A stretch of 64,000 bases of DNA from Caecitellus pseudoparvulus (lineage: Eukaryota; Protista; Bigyra: Bicosoecida): positions 62,001-126,000 of the forward strand of contig CBFFRQ010000212.1 of NCBI GenBank assembly GCA_965644315.1, written 5' to 3'. Shown here one piece after another: positions 1 through 10,831 of the stretch (position 1 is its first letter; every line of letters begins with the position of its first letter). A program made the translations under genes and the position numbers. The notes under the pieces are model-generated. The model made no database searches. It saw nothing but the letters and a program-made list of their open reading frames with translations, and was not told the origin of the DNA.

Positions 1-1
1 G

Positions 2-1690
2 TCCTTATATGTCTATCCTGAAAAAACGACGAAAAGCGATAAGAATAGTAAAAATTTAAAGGAGCAAATTGATAAATGGGAAAAGGATAATTATGAACTT
101 TACAAAGGCAAATTAGATAAATTACCATCAAAAATATTTTTACGATTTATTGGTAAAGATGGTAAAATTAGAATGGGTTTCGTTTTAGCGAATAAGACAG
201 GTGAAAAGTATTTTATGCTTCAAGGTGTTGGAGGTGCTCGTTTTGGAGTTGAGTATGATGTTATTAAAGACACATACTATAAGAAAGAGCATTATGATAA
301 GCAACGCAAGAAGCAAGAAGAAGCAGAAAAGAAAAAACAAGAGAAACAAGAGAAACAAGAGAAGCAAGAGAAGCAAAAAGCGATAAAAAACGACAAGGAA
401 AAATCACCAGAAGAATCACCTGAAAAATTGAAGAAACCAACAGCAGAGGAGGTTGATACAATACTAACCAAAATCTACTACGATGAAGGTAATTACAACG
501 GTCGTGACAAATTATACAGCATAGCAAAGACAAGACGTCCAAAAATTACCAGAGCACAGGTAGAGAAATGGTTAAGCGAGCAGAAACTATATCAATTAAC
601 CAAACCAAACAAATCAAGTAAGACATTTACTCCAATTATTAGCAAAGCACCTTTTAATGTCGTCCAAATTGATATTTACAAATATGGTAAAATTATCACA
701 TTAAATATGGTTGATTTATTTAGCAAATATGTTGATACTTATGTTATGAAGAATGAAACAGCACAAGAAACAATTAACGCTGTAAAAGCAATTCTTAAAA
801 AAGCACCGTTGAAACCAAAACTGATACAAAGCGATAATGGACCAAATTTTACAAGCAAGGAATTTAAAGAATACCTCACAAAAGAAGGAATAAAACAAAT
901 ATTTAGCACACCATATACCCCGCAATCACAAGGAGCGGTTGAGCGGCTCCAGAAGACGCTAAAAGCATATCTGGAAAAACTCACATTACAAAACAAGAAA
1001 ATTACAAATAAAAGTATTGATGTGTTTGATAAAAATTATAACAATACAAAACATACTATTACTGGTATGACACCGATGGAGGCTTTGAAAGATGAGAACC
1101 GTGAGAAAGTTTTAAAAGCAATTGAAAAAGCAAAAGCATACAACCTCACAGAGGATAGAAAAGATGATTTAAAGAAAGGTGACAATGTAAGGTTAAGCAC
1201 ACGCACAGGGGCAAAGAATCAAAACATAGGGGCAGGGTCATTAAACTGGACTAACGAAGTATTTACAATTCATTCTATAAGCAGACCTCGTGATGTATTA
1301 AAACCAATTAGATACAAAGTAAAAGACACAGCAGGCGAAGTTTTAAAAGGCATCTTTTACAGGAATGAATTACAACACATAGAAGATGTTAAAAATGCTG
1401 ATAAGGTTGAACCAAAATACGAGGTTGAAAAATTTGTAAAACGCCGTATAATTAGAAGGAAGCGTGATAAAAAAGTAATTAAAACAGAATGGTTAGTACG
1501 ATGGAGGGATTATACATCAAGCGAAAATACTTGGGAAGACCAACAAAAATTAATTGAAGAATTAGGAAAAGATGTGTTTGAAAAACTGAAACAGAATTAT
1601 TTAGACGCTTTTAAAAAAAGCGTTGGCAAAAGGGGGTTAATGGGGGATATCCCCCATATTGAAGATAAAAACAACTTAAAGACAAAATAA
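2..1690 (+). CDS. Retroviral-like (rve) integrase with C-terminal chromodomain; 5'-partial
   Basis: DDE motifs VQID / QSDNG / VERL. Chromodomain YEVEKF...WLVRWRDY..SENTWE. The frame is open from position 2, so the real start may lie upstream of the window. Confidence 0.92.
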   Translation, partial: SLYVYPEKTTKSDKNSKNLKEQIDKWEKDNYELYKGKLDKLPSKIFLRFIGKDGKIRMGFVLANKTGEKYFMLQGVGGARFGVEYDVIKDTYYKKEHYDKQRKKQEEAEKKKQEKQEKQEKQEKQKAIKNDKEKSPEESPEKLKKPTAEEVDTILTKIYYDEGNYNGRDKLYSIAKTRRPKITRAQVEKWLSEQKLYQLTKPNKSSKTFTPIISKAPFNVVQIDIYKYGKIITLNMVDLFSKYVDTYVMKNETAQETINAVKAILKKAPLKPKLIQSDNGPNFTSKEFKEYLTKEGIKQIFSTPYTPQSQGAVERLQKTLKAYLEKLTLQNKKITNKSIDVFDKNYNNTKHTITGMTPMEALKDENREKVLKAIEKAKAYNLTEDRKDDLKKGDNVRLSTRTGAKNQNIGAGSLNWTNEVFTIHSISRPRDVLKPIRYKVKDTAGEVLKGIFYRNELQHIEDVKNADKVEPKYEVEKFVKRRIIRRKRDKKVIKTEWLVRWRDYTSSENTWEDQQKLIEELGKDVFEKLKQNYLDAFKKSVGKRGLMGDIPHIEDKNNLKTK

Positions 1691-1716
1691 TATATACATA
1701 TAACATATAAGCAATA

Positions 1717-1971
1717 ATGGAAACAACACAGAAAAAGACCGCTGATAAAAAAGCATATATGCGTGAGTATATGCGAAACAGATATAATAAAAATAGTAAG
1801 AAGGCGTGTGATGAACGCAAAGCATACTACTATAAGAAAAAATACAATTTAGAACCCGAACAGGTTAAACTGTATGGAGAGCATCTACATTTACTTATTA
1901 AAGCAAAAAAATTGATTGAGGAAATTAAATCCGTATGTCCTCAACATCTCGCATATCTCAACAACGATTAA
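1717..1971 (+). CDS. Small basic protein (KKAYMREYMRNRY motif), putative DNA-binding
   Basis: ORF with AT-rich upstream context; the YMREYM motif is common in PLV/virophage small proteins. Confidence 0.55.
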   Translation: METTQKKTADKKAYMREYMRNRYNKNSKKACDERKAYYYKKKYNLEPEQVKLYGEHLHLLIKAKKLIEEIKSVCPQHLAYLNND

Positions 1972-2151
1972 TTAACGGGGACACCCCGTAACCCCCGACC
2001 ACAAGCGGAATTGTTTAGCATACATTTGATTTTCTGGAATTCGTATTTTAGGAAATCAATTACTTTCTTTAGGAAAAAGTATTTTAGAAATATTAATATA
2101 TATTAAGAAAAAAAGAACTTAAAAAATAATCTCATTGTATAATATAGAACT

Positions 2152-4677
2152 ATGGAATTCATTCAACAAAATCACGGAAAACTTTGGATTATTAACTCTA
2201 ACCCCTCTACAAAATGTCCTTGTAATGGATACAATTCAAAATACAATTTAGCCGATTGGAATGGTAAGAAAGGTAAAAAATACGAGGATATTTTACCTCA
2301 CGTAAAAACCAAATATGACCCCTCTATAAGTTATGGAATTAAACACGGATTACAACCTGACGGAAGAATAACGATGGGACTGGATTTTGATATTGTTGGC
2401 AAGAACGGTAGTGGTGTTAAGATAAATATGGAAGCAGAAAACCTATGGAATGAATTCTATAATATTAATGAAGATGGTTTATGGAAATCTGGAACAGAAG
2501 GTAATTTTGGTTGTTTTTGTCTTATTCAAAGTGAAAAAATTAAACAAAAAATTATGGATTTAAATCAAGATAAAATTGAGGTTGATGGAGTTGAATTATT
2601 ATTTAATAGTCATCATATCTTACCACCATCTAAATCCAAATGTAAAAGGACTGGTGCTCTACGAGAAAGGGTCTATTTCAATAATAATTATATGTGTATT
2701 GTTAATGACGGTGATAAGGTTGAGGAATTTATTTTGAAATTAATGGAAACTTACACAAAACCTCATAAAACGAAACCTAATAAAACGAAACCTAATAAAA
2801 CACACACCGAAATTGAACCAGAAAAATATACACCTATTAATAATATGGACTTAAACCTGGACGATGAAGACAAAGAACTTGCTGATATTATTGACTTAAA
2901 GTATATTGATAATTATAACGATTGGACTAAACTTATTTGGGCGTGTCGTGTGGATAATAATTTTGAACTGGCACACTACATATCTAAACGAGGTAATAAG
3001 TATGATGGTGATGAAATTGCAACACGAGTTATATATAATGATTTTAAAGAAAGTCGTAAAGGATTTAGTAAGGCAACTTTTTATCATTATGCGAAAATTA
3101 GTAATAAAGAAAAATACCTTGAAATTCGTGCGAAATATCACCCCTTTATGGAAATCAACTCTTTTACTGATAATGATTTGGCAAAAACATTCTGTAAATT
3201 ATATGGGTGCGACCATATATACTATGATAAATCGTTTTACTTCTTTAACGGTGTGTTATGGGAAACAAACGAAACTGGAAACAAACTTAAACTATCAATT
3301 GCGAATGACCTCTCCACCTTTTATTTAGATGAAGCATCACGACAACAAAAAATATTAAATACAATTACCGAAAAATTTATGCGTGAAATACAAAAACAAA
3401 AAATTAAAGGATTAATGAATATTGTAAATAAATTACAAAATTACTCCACCCTTAATAATGTATTTGGAATGATAAAAAACTATATTGAACGAGGTTGTGA
3501 TGAAGTTGAATGGGAAACAAAACCTTACTTATTTGCGTTTAAAAATAAAATTTATGATTTAAAAAATATGACCTGGATAGAACCTTGCCGTGATGATTAT
3601 GTGTGTGTTTGTACTGGTTATGAATGGGTTGAACCAACAGAAGAACAAAAAAGAAAATTACACGAACTACTGGATACAATCTTACCTCACCCTGACGAGA
3701 AAAAACTATATATGACGCTTTTAGCAACTGGATTATGTGGAATTACATTAGAAAAATTTATTAATGCGAATGGAAGCGGTGGTAATGGTAAAGGTGTATT
3801 AAATGAATTAATGGAAACATTGCTGGGAAATTACGCCTATAACTGTGCGAATGCTGTGCTACTACAACCGATTAAAGATGGTAATAATCCAACTGTTGCG
3901 AATATGAAACATAAACGAATGATATTCTACCGCGAACCTGATACATCACAATCACAAAAATTAAATATTGCTACAATCAAAGAATTAACTGGTGGGAAAG
4001 CCGTAAATGCTCGTATGAATTATAGTAATGATACTAAAACCGTTTTACAAGCAACTCATATTTTGGAATGTAATGAACGACCAAAATTAAGTGGGCGTGT
4101 TGATGACGCTGTTGTGAGAAGGTTAATTGATATACCATTTAGAAGTGTATTTACTGCTAATCCTGCGGATTATTTTGGAGAGTATGTGTTTAAGAAAGAC
4201 GCATATTACAAAACAAACAATTTTCAAAATGAATATAAGTGTGTGTTGTTTTCTGTGCTATTAGATTATTGGAAGGAATATTTAAGGTTGGAAGAAAATA
4301 TTGATGCTTTTGTATGTGATAGTGTTAAAGAACGCACAAATGCGTATTTGGAAGCAAACGACGAGTTAAAAACTTGGTTTGATGAGAATTACGAACAGAC
4401 TGGGAAGCGTGATGATGTGCTACAAATTAAAGATATATACAGTTTATTCAAAGAAAGTGACACTTGGTCTAATATGAGTAAGCGGGAACGAAGGGAATTA
4501 AATAAAAAAGCATTTGTTGAGAAAGTGAGTGGAAACATTCATTTTAGGAAATATTTTAAGGAGCGTGAAAAATCTAAAATAATACAGGAAAAATATGGTG
4601 TAACACTTATGCGAAATGTTATTATTGGTTTTAAACAGAACATACAGGAATGTATGATTGATATTGATGAAGAATAA
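2152..4677 (+). CDS. D5-like primase-helicase (AEP/prim-pol + PriCT-2 + D5_N + SF3 helicase)
   Basis: GLDFD primase motif, YNDWTKLIWAC (PriCT-2), Walker A GSGGNGKG, IKELTGG, ECNERP, RRLIDIPF. Confidence 0.9.
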   Translation: MEFIQQNHGKLWIINSNPSTKCPCNGYNSKYNLADWNGKKGKKYEDILPHVKTKYDPSISYGIKHGLQPDGRITMGLDFDIVGKNGSGVKINMEAENLWNEFYNINEDGLWKSGTEGNFGCFCLIQSEKIKQKIMDLNQDKIEVDGVELLFNSHHILPPSKSKCKRTGALRERVYFNNNYMCIVNDGDKVEEFILKLMETYTKPHKTKPNKTKPNKTHTEIEPEKYTPINNMDLNLDDEDKELADIIDLKYIDNYNDWTKLIWACRVDNNFELAHYISKRGNKYDGDEIATRVIYNDFKESRKGFSKATFYHYAKISNKEKYLEIRAKYHPFMEINSFTDNDLAKTFCKLYGCDHIYYDKSFYFFNGVLWETNETGNKLKLSIANDLSTFYLDEASRQQKILNTITEKFMREIQKQKIKGLMNIVNKLQNYSTLNNVFGMIKNYIERGCDEVEWETKPYLFAFKNKIYDLKNMTWIEPCRDDYVCVCTGYEWVEPTEEQKRKLHELLDTILPHPDEKKLYMTLLATGLCGITLEKFINANGSGGNGKGVLNELMETLLGNYAYNCANAVLLQPIKDGNNPTVANMKHKRMIFYREPDTSQSQKLNIATIKELTGGKAVNARMNYSNDTKTVLQATHILECNERPKLSGRVDDAVVRRLIDIPFRSVFTANPADYFGEYVFKKDAYYKTNNFQNEYKCVLFSVLLDYWKEYLRLEENIDAFVCDSVKERTNAYLEANDELKTWFDENYEQTGKRDDVLQIKDIYSLFKESDTWSNMSKRERRELNKKAFVEKVSGNIHFRKYFKEREKSKIIQEKYGVTLMRNVIIGFKQNIQECMIDIDEE

Positions 4678-4744
4678 TTACTATAATTTAATTCATTTTA
4701 ATTATAATTTATTATCTTATAATTAAAAAACTTTTTTCTTAAAA

Positions 4745-4875
4745 AAGGGTCAAAGGGGTCAAAAGGGTCAAATTCTGCCCCCCTTTTTCAAAAGTGTTCT
4801 ATATATTGCCTTCCTATGGGGACTTTTCATTTTGGTGGGCAATTTTTGACCCCTTTGACCCCTTTTTTGACCCTT
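4745..4875. repeat. Inverted repeat of GGGTCAAA iterons (3 forward, 3 reverse); candidate replication origin
   Basis: gggtcaaa x3 at 4747-4772 mirrored by tttgaccc x3 at ~4845-4873, just after the primase-helicase gene. Confidence 0.7.
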
Positions 4876-5050
4876 CTTTTTTTCATTACTTATCCTTACC
4901 TCTTCTTCTATATACTATATAGTATATACTCCTTACTACGCTCTCAAAAAAAACAATAATAATAACAATAAATATATTAATAACATCAATAAATATATTA
5001 TTTAGGATAATAACAACTTAAAGAAACAATATAATATTGATATATAATAA

Positions 5051-5254
5051 ATGGAATACTTAAACCAAAAACAAAAATACCAATTCAAGAAACTCAACAC
5101 ACTCTACAACAAATTACAAGCAGGTTATTACAATACTTATTACGAATATAAACCTGATTTATGGATGTTTGAAGGACGACACAAAAAAAACTGTGTATAT
5201 GCTGATGCGGAAACATTTGAAGCATTTAAAAATTATAACAATCTAAAATCTTAA
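5051..5254 (+). CDS. Hypothetical protein
   Basis: ORF in ATAATAAATG start context. Confidence 0.5.
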   Translation: MEYLNQKQKYQFKKLNTLYNKLQAGYYNTYYEYKPDLWMFEGRHKKNCVYADAETFEAFKNYNNLKS

Positions 5255-5513
5255 TTTTTAGTTATTTTGTCTTTTATCTTCTTCTTTTTGAAAAAAAAAA
5301 CAAGTAAGTAGAGAAAAATAAATAAATCGTTTTTTTGAATATTTGTATTTTTGCTGTGTGTATCAAAACGATTTATTTTTAATTTCAATTTAAAAAAAAA
5401 TTGAAACGATTTAAAAGTATTTAATAAATACTAACTTAACCTATCTATAACGACAAAACAAGATATTAAAACGATATAATAAGTTATTCAAACGAATTAA
5501 CAACTTATTAATA

Positions 5514-6065
5514 ATGGCAAATTCTTTTAATACGGCAAAAAAACATTTAACTAAAATGATTATTAACAGAGGAGTAACAAAAAATATACTGTCGTCTATA
5601 ATAGATGCTTATACTGAATATGGTGAAGAAGGTTGTGTTTATGAAGAAGAAGGCAAACTTAAACAATCCAACGAAGGGGGGTATTTAGAATATAGTAACG
5701 CTTGTAAAATATTTTACAACAATAGGATAGAGATTTCAAAAAATATAAAACATTTTATTGAATTGTATGCGTTTGTAAGAATGCCAGTTTTAATGAAGTT
5801 ATATTCAAAAGAAGAAATTAAGAAAATTATAAAAAAAGAGGAGGAAATTTTAGTTTCATTAATAGATGCTACTTATGACAAAAAAATAAATAAATTAAAT
5901 AAAATACATAGTAAAGGTAAGATTGCTATTAAAAAAGAAGAATTGTGTGCTCTTATTATAGAAATGGAAAAAGAATTTAAAATACTGGAAGAGCAAAAAA
6001 TTCCAGATGAAGTATGTAGTTTATATATTAACTTTAAATGTTTGGAAAAAATAACATATAAATAA
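5514..6065 (+). CDS. Hypothetical protein
   Basis: 183-aa ORF; AAAATTGA lies ~110 nt upstream at 5397-5404. Confidence 0.6.
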   Translation: MANSFNTAKKHLTKMIINRGVTKNILSSIIDAYTEYGEEGCVYEEEGKLKQSNEGGYLEYSNACKIFYNNRIEISKNIKHFIELYAFVRMPVLMKLYSKEEIKKIIKKEEEILVSLIDATYDKKINKLNKIHSKGKIAIKKEELCALIIEMEKEFKILEEQKIPDEVCSLYINFKCLEKITYK

Positions 6066-6120
6066 TGTAAAAATAATATAAAAATTATAAAAAAATTTTT
6101 TTTAAAAAGTTGAATAATAT

Positions 6121-6378
6121 ATGGAATACAAGAAAAATGGATTTATTTTTATAGCACCGTCAAGGCGAAAGCATAAGAAATATGATGTGTATGATAAACA
6201 CCGTAAATTTATCGTGTCTTTTGGAGATAATAGATATGCACAATTTAAAGACCGAATAGGACACTATAAAGCATTAAATCACAACGATAAAAAACGCAGG
6301 GAGATGTATTATAAACGACATGGTAAAGAAGCGAAAAAAAACACAGCAAAATATTTTAGTCATAAATACTTATGGTAA
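6121..6378 (+). CDS. Small basic viral protein (DUF5754-like)
   Basis: KKY...SFGD..Y..F...H.D.KRR..Y..RH...A.YFS..YLW pattern; homologous to 36024..36296. Confidence 0.75.
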   Translation: MEYKKNGFIFIAPSRRKHKKYDVYDKHRKFIVSFGDNRYAQFKDRIGHYKALNHNDKKRREMYYKRHGKEAKKNTAKYFSHKYLW

Positions 6379-6415
6379 TTAAATAATAAAAAATAAATGT
6401 TATTATTTAGTAAGA

Positions 6416-6640
6416 ATGAAACAAATTAGACAAGTAAAAATTACTTCTTATAAAACAGGCAAATCATATATTTTCAACACACAGTCTAACATAAGTGAAG
6501 CAGTATTGAAGAAGCAACGCAATTATGATAAATGGCGTCGTAACAAGAGAGAAAATAAATATTATGATTATTTTGAAATAATGGAGGAAGGCAACTATAG
6601 AAGCGAATATGTTAAGAATGGGGGAAACCCCCATAAATAA
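6416..6640 (+). CDS. Hypothetical protein
   Basis: ORF in the co-oriented gene array. Confidence 0.45.
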   Translation: MKQIRQVKITSYKTGKSYIFNTQSNISEAVLKKQRNYDKWRRNKRENKYYDYFEIMEEGNYRSEYVKNGGNPHK

Positions 6641-6658
6641 TATGTTATTATAAATTAA

Positions 6659-7066
6659 ATGGTTGAACCAATTGTAAGCGAAGAGATTTTACATAAATCA
6701 AAAACTTATCAATATTTCTGGGAGGAATTAAATAGTGAAATACAGCAATTTACAGACACAGACATACAAGAACCACAACAGGCACTTGACTTTTCATTAT
6801 GCGGTGATATTGACCCCAACAACGGTCGTGATGATGAATGTGAAATGAAACTATTTTGTATGGAAAGCAGTTATAATAGCGATGATGATAAATTACCTTA
6901 CTGGCGGAACTTAAAGAAGCGCTTACCTAAATTTAAAAAGGAAGTATTCAAAAACTTATCCAAAGAAGATATAGATATGATATATTTATTGAGTAATTTT
7001 AAAATGAAAGTAATTAACCAATCTATAAAAAATAATATTGAAGACCATAAAAAAATATTGGCATAA
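6659..7066 (+). CDS. Hypothetical protein
   Basis: ORF in the co-oriented gene array. Confidence 0.55.
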   Translation: MVEPIVSEEILHKSKTYQYFWEELNSEIQQFTDTDIQEPQQALDFSLCGDIDPNNGRDDECEMKLFCMESSYNSDDDKLPYWRNLKKRLPKFKKEVFKNLSKEDIDMIYLLSNFKMKVINQSIKNNIEDHKKILA

Positions 7067-7075
7067 TTTAGAGAA

Positions 7076-7264
7076 ATGAGTGAAGTTGATATATATTACA
7101 GAGATTTAAAGGACTATGAAGATTATGAAACATACAAACATCTATTACCTATACCTTATCCAAACACAAACACAGATGAGGCTGAAAAAATAAAAGAATT
7201 CTTTGAAAGTGGAGAGAAAAATAAAAATGAAGTTTTAGACACTAAAAGAACTGAAACAAACTGA
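7076..7264 (+). CDS. Hypothetical protein
   Basis: Short ORF in the gene array. Confidence 0.45.
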   Translation: MSEVDIYYRDLKDYEDYETYKHLLPIPYPNTNTDEAEKIKEFFESGEKNKNEVLDTKRTETN

Positions 7265-7299
7265 AATTATATATTTATTTTCTTTAATAAATATATAAG

Positions 7300-7755
7300 A
7301 TGAAAGGCAAATTTATACGAAGTAAAAAGGAAGTTGAAATACCTGACGATGAGACTGAAATTATAGAAACTGACGGAACTGAAAATGATACAACAGAGTT
7401 TAGCAATACTGAAAATGAAATTTTAGAAGAAGAAAAACCAACAACAACCGCCAAACCAAAAAAACAAAAGAAGCCATTAAGCGAAGCGAAAAAAAGAGCA
7501 TTAGAAAAAGCAAGAGCAAAAGCGAAGGAAACCTATGCTCGTAGAAAAAAAGAAAAGCAATTGAAAAGTCAAGGAATTACCAGAGAAGAAGTCTTAGAAC
7601 TCATTAACTTATCAAGAAATTTAGAGAAAAAATCTGAAACGAAAGCACCCGCACCAAAAATAGAAACGAAAGCACCCGCACCTAAACCTGATATACAAAA
7701 AAATGAGAAAAGTTCAACTGAATTAGATGACCTGTGGAAACAGTATGGATATTAA
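7300..7755 (+). CDS. K/E-rich protein (KKPLSEAKKRALEKAR helix) typical of PLVs
   Basis: Charged helical motif; internal ETKAPAPK duplication. Confidence 0.6.
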   Translation: MKGKFIRSKKEVEIPDDETEIIETDGTENDTTEFSNTENEILEEEKPTTTAKPKKQKKPLSEAKKRALEKARAKAKETYARRKKEKQLKSQGITREEVLELINLSRNLEKKSETKAPAPKIETKAPAPKPDIQKNEKSSTELDDLWKQYGY

Positions 7756-7783
7756 TTAATTTTATATTATAATATTATAAAAG

Positions 7784-8701
7784 ATGGACAAAACCCCAAA
7801 CCCTTTTACTTTAACGCAAGATGAAGTATATGAATTATCACGCCAGCAACCACCTGAAACTGTTGTGGATTTTAGCGAAGATAATTTAATATCTATGATA
7901 CCAGAAGATTACGGATACAAGTTTGATGTAACACAATCATTAATTAATTTTAACACACCTCATTTATTTGAAATGAAATTACGACCAGCAGGATTTCAAG
8001 ATTTTCAACCTCCTGTTGATGAATTATTAAGAAAAAGACTAATTGAACGAGAAAGACAAGAAGATTTAAATTTAAAAATCCAATCTAATTTAGCAAATAT
8101 TCGGTTGTATGGCGAAGAACCAACAACAAATTTAACAAATCAAAAAATAGATTTAATTAAGGAATTTTCAAGGAAGTATGGTTTAAACAAAGATGAAGAA
8201 AAACAATTAATTAAAAAAGCATTAGAAAAACATTTATTAGATGACATTTTAAAAAAGGCGGTTGATACAAGACGACAAGCGCCACCACAAGCACCACCTC
8301 AAGCACCAGCAGAGGATTTACCACCAGCGGATACAGGAGCAGGAACAGCATTACCAAGAAGACCTGAACCTGATGTGAGCGAAATGGAAAGAGCGACAGA
8401 TGACATACCAGAAAGTCAAACATTAGAACGCATTTTAATACGAGCAGCCACAAATTTAGTAGCAAAGAGAGAAGAACCTGATATTAAAGAAATGATAAAA
8501 ACTATTCGTGAAGATGGTTTTGATATAGAAAAATTAAATCAATATTACAGAGCCAAACCATTAGCAAGAAAACGCCAAAAAATAATTACATATTTAAAGG
8601 GTTATGGAATTGATGTAGGAAGTTCTATTAAAAAGAAAGAGTTAGAAACCATTATTTATCCATTTTTACAACGTGTATTAATTCTTTCAGAACAAGATTG
8701 A
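7784..8701 (+). CDS. Hypothetical protein
   Basis: 305-aa ORF upstream of the morphogenesis module; QAPP repeats. Confidence 0.65.
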   Translation: MDKTPNPFTLTQDEVYELSRQQPPETVVDFSEDNLISMIPEDYGYKFDVTQSLINFNTPHLFEMKLRPAGFQDFQPPVDELLRKRLIERERQEDLNLKIQSNLANIRLYGEEPTTNLTNQKIDLIKEFSRKYGLNKDEEKQLIKKALEKHLLDDILKKAVDTRRQAPPQAPPQAPAEDLPPADTGAGTALPRRPEPDVSEMERATDDIPESQTLERILIRAATNLVAKREEPDIKEMIKTIREDGFDIEKLNQYYRAKPLARKRQKIITYLKGYGIDVGSSIKKKELETIIYPFLQRVLILSEQD

Positions 8702-8743
8702 TACTAAAAAAATATTAAATATTGATATATTTTAAATAAGACT

Positions 8744-9439
8744 ATGAATTTTAAAATATATGAAGCAAAGCATACAGAGGCAAAAAACGCAAAATTAGCA
8801 AATAAAATATTTGGTCACTCACCTCGTATCGTTTTAGTTGGTAGTTCAGGAAGTGGAAAGACGCAATTTATATTCAATTACTTATTTAATTTTCAAAAGG
8901 ATTATTTGAAGAAATCAAAAACAGATGTTTTAATAATGACCACAACTCACGACACAGCGGAACATTTAGAAGAATTGGCAGACCAGAATAATTATGATTA
9001 TAAGCACTTTAAAATATATCCTTTCTTTGATTTAGACATAATTGAGGAAGAATACAGGAAATCGAATAAATCCTTTTTACTTATTTTAGATGATTGCGCG
9101 TTTAAGAAGCAAATGAACACGAAGCATAATCCAAATATTATAAGTGAAATTTACACATCAGGAAGACATAAAAATGCTGGTGTTATAATCGCATCACAGA
9201 AATATAATTATTTAGGGGAAGATGTGAGAAGTTTAAATGCTAATTTTGTTATTATATATTCAACGCTAACCAAAAAGGAAATTGAGCGTGTGTATGAGGA
9301 AAATATAGCAACTTTAATGACTTATGATGAATTTTTAAATATTGTGAAAAATCATTTAAGTCAAACATATTCATTTATTACAATTGATAAGAAACGAAAA
9401 AAATTATATGATATGAATTTTAATGAAATTAAATTTTAA
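8744..9439 (+). CDS. Packaging ATPase (FtsK/HerA, A32-like)
   Basis: Walker A GSSGSGKT, Walker B LILDD, SGRH motif, ASQ. Confidence 0.92.
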   Translation: MNFKIYEAKHTEAKNAKLANKIFGHSPRIVLVGSSGSGKTQFIFNYLFNFQKDYLKKSKTDVLIMTTTHDTAEHLEELADQNNYDYKHFKIYPFFDLDIIEEEYRKSNKSFLLILDDCAFKKQMNTKHNPNIISEIYTSGRHKNAGVIIASQKYNYLGEDVRSLNANFVIIYSTLTKKEIERVYEENIATLMTYDEFLNIVKNHLSQTYSFITIDKKRKKLYDMNFNEIKF

Positions 9440-9474
9440 TACATTTATTTTTTATCTAATTAAATATTATAATA

Positions 9475-10734
9475 ATGGAAGGTCATACTCATACTCACAA
9501 AGTCAAGCAGTTAGAAAAACACTCCCCAAAACACAACAAAATGGTTTTAGGAAAACAAAATATTGAAACACTCTCAATCTCAGGTAAGGACGGTTATGGT
9601 GTTTCAAAAAATCAAATGACATTTGAAATTCGTAACGCAGCAGCACTCGTACCAAACACTTTAAAATTGAAAGGTGTATTGAAAATCGGAGCAGACAAAG
9701 CAGCAACTCTATGTGGAGCAGGTGTATATTCTTTAATTGAGCAAGTCCAAATTGAATACAACGGACAATCTATATTGCGTCTAAACAATAACGCACAATA
9801 TGTAGCATCTATAAACAGTCTTATGAAACTATCAGCAGAAGAATATGCTATGGACGAAATTACATCTCTTCGTGGAATGGAATTACAAACAAACACATCA
9901 TATCCATTTCTTATTGACCTCACACGCTTCGGTTTAGATATTGATAGTTTCTTACCAACCGCAAGCAGTCCTCTATCTATTCGTATTACATTAGGTCAAA
10001 CCGCCAAAGCATTTTTTGGCACAGGAGTTCAAGGAAACCAATTTACATACAGCGTAGATGGTGTAGTATTAACTGGCGATTACTTTCAACTCTCTGCCCC
10101 TGCTGTATCTATGATTGAAAAAGCAATGACATCTTCAACTGGTTCTATGTATATTTTTCAAGCACCAATCACTCAACAATCCAATATTTTACCAAGTGAA
10201 ACACAAGACATTACTGTCACTATGCCTTACCGTAATGTTGTAAAAACAGTTCATTTACCTGTACCATCATCTTATACACCAAACGCAAGTGGTATTAGCA
10301 CAGGTGATGTCATCAGCAACCTCGTATTTGTAGCACCAGACCAAGAATACGCAACCAATTATTTGGCAGGATTTATCGGCGGACAATATGTGAATTTAAA
10401 TGGAACTGTTGGCGAATCAACAAATGTGGAGCATTTTATGGCTGCTATGAAAGCCGCTCGCAACTCTCCTTATGACAAATCTTATTTAGCAGGATTTACA
10501 GAACTCTTTAAAACTGGTTCATATCAACCCCTTGTAGCAAACTTCTTAAAAGATGAATACAACGACACGAAAGTTGTCGATAGTGGTGTAAATGGTATTA
10601 ACTCATCAGGCAACCTCAATCTTAAATTCAATCTTCAATCCGCCCCTGCTAATGGAGCAAAACAACTTTTAACTATTGGATATGTTACGACTGTAATGGA
10701 AGTTAAAAACGGTGTTTCATCAGTCACACAATAG
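9475..10734 (+). CDS. Major capsid protein, PLV-type double jelly-roll
   Basis: Lies between ATPase and penton; 419 aa, beta-rich; G.YSLIEQVQIEYNGQ motif resembles PLV MCPs. Confidence 0.75.
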   Translation: MEGHTHTHKVKQLEKHSPKHNKMVLGKQNIETLSISGKDGYGVSKNQMTFEIRNAAALVPNTLKLKGVLKIGADKAATLCGAGVYSLIEQVQIEYNGQSILRLNNNAQYVASINSLMKLSAEEYAMDEITSLRGMELQTNTSYPFLIDLTRFGLDIDSFLPTASSPLSIRITLGQTAKAFFGTGVQGNQFTYSVDGVVLTGDYFQLSAPAVSMIEKAMTSSTGSMYIFQAPITQQSNILPSETQDITVTMPYRNVVKTVHLPVPSSYTPNASGISTGDVISNLVFVAPDQEYATNYLAGFIGGQYVNLNGTVGESTNVEHFMAAMKAARNSPYDKSYLAGFTELFKTGSYQPLVANFLKDEYNDTKVVDSGVNGINSSGNLNLKFNLQSAPANGAKQLLTIGYVTTVMEVKNGVSSVTQ

Positions 10735-10831
10735 GCTTTTTTATAAAAGCCTTACCAAAAACATATTGCGTCTTTTTACAAACGGATTTTAAAATTTGTT
10801 TTTTTTAAAATCTGTTAATATATATATTAGA

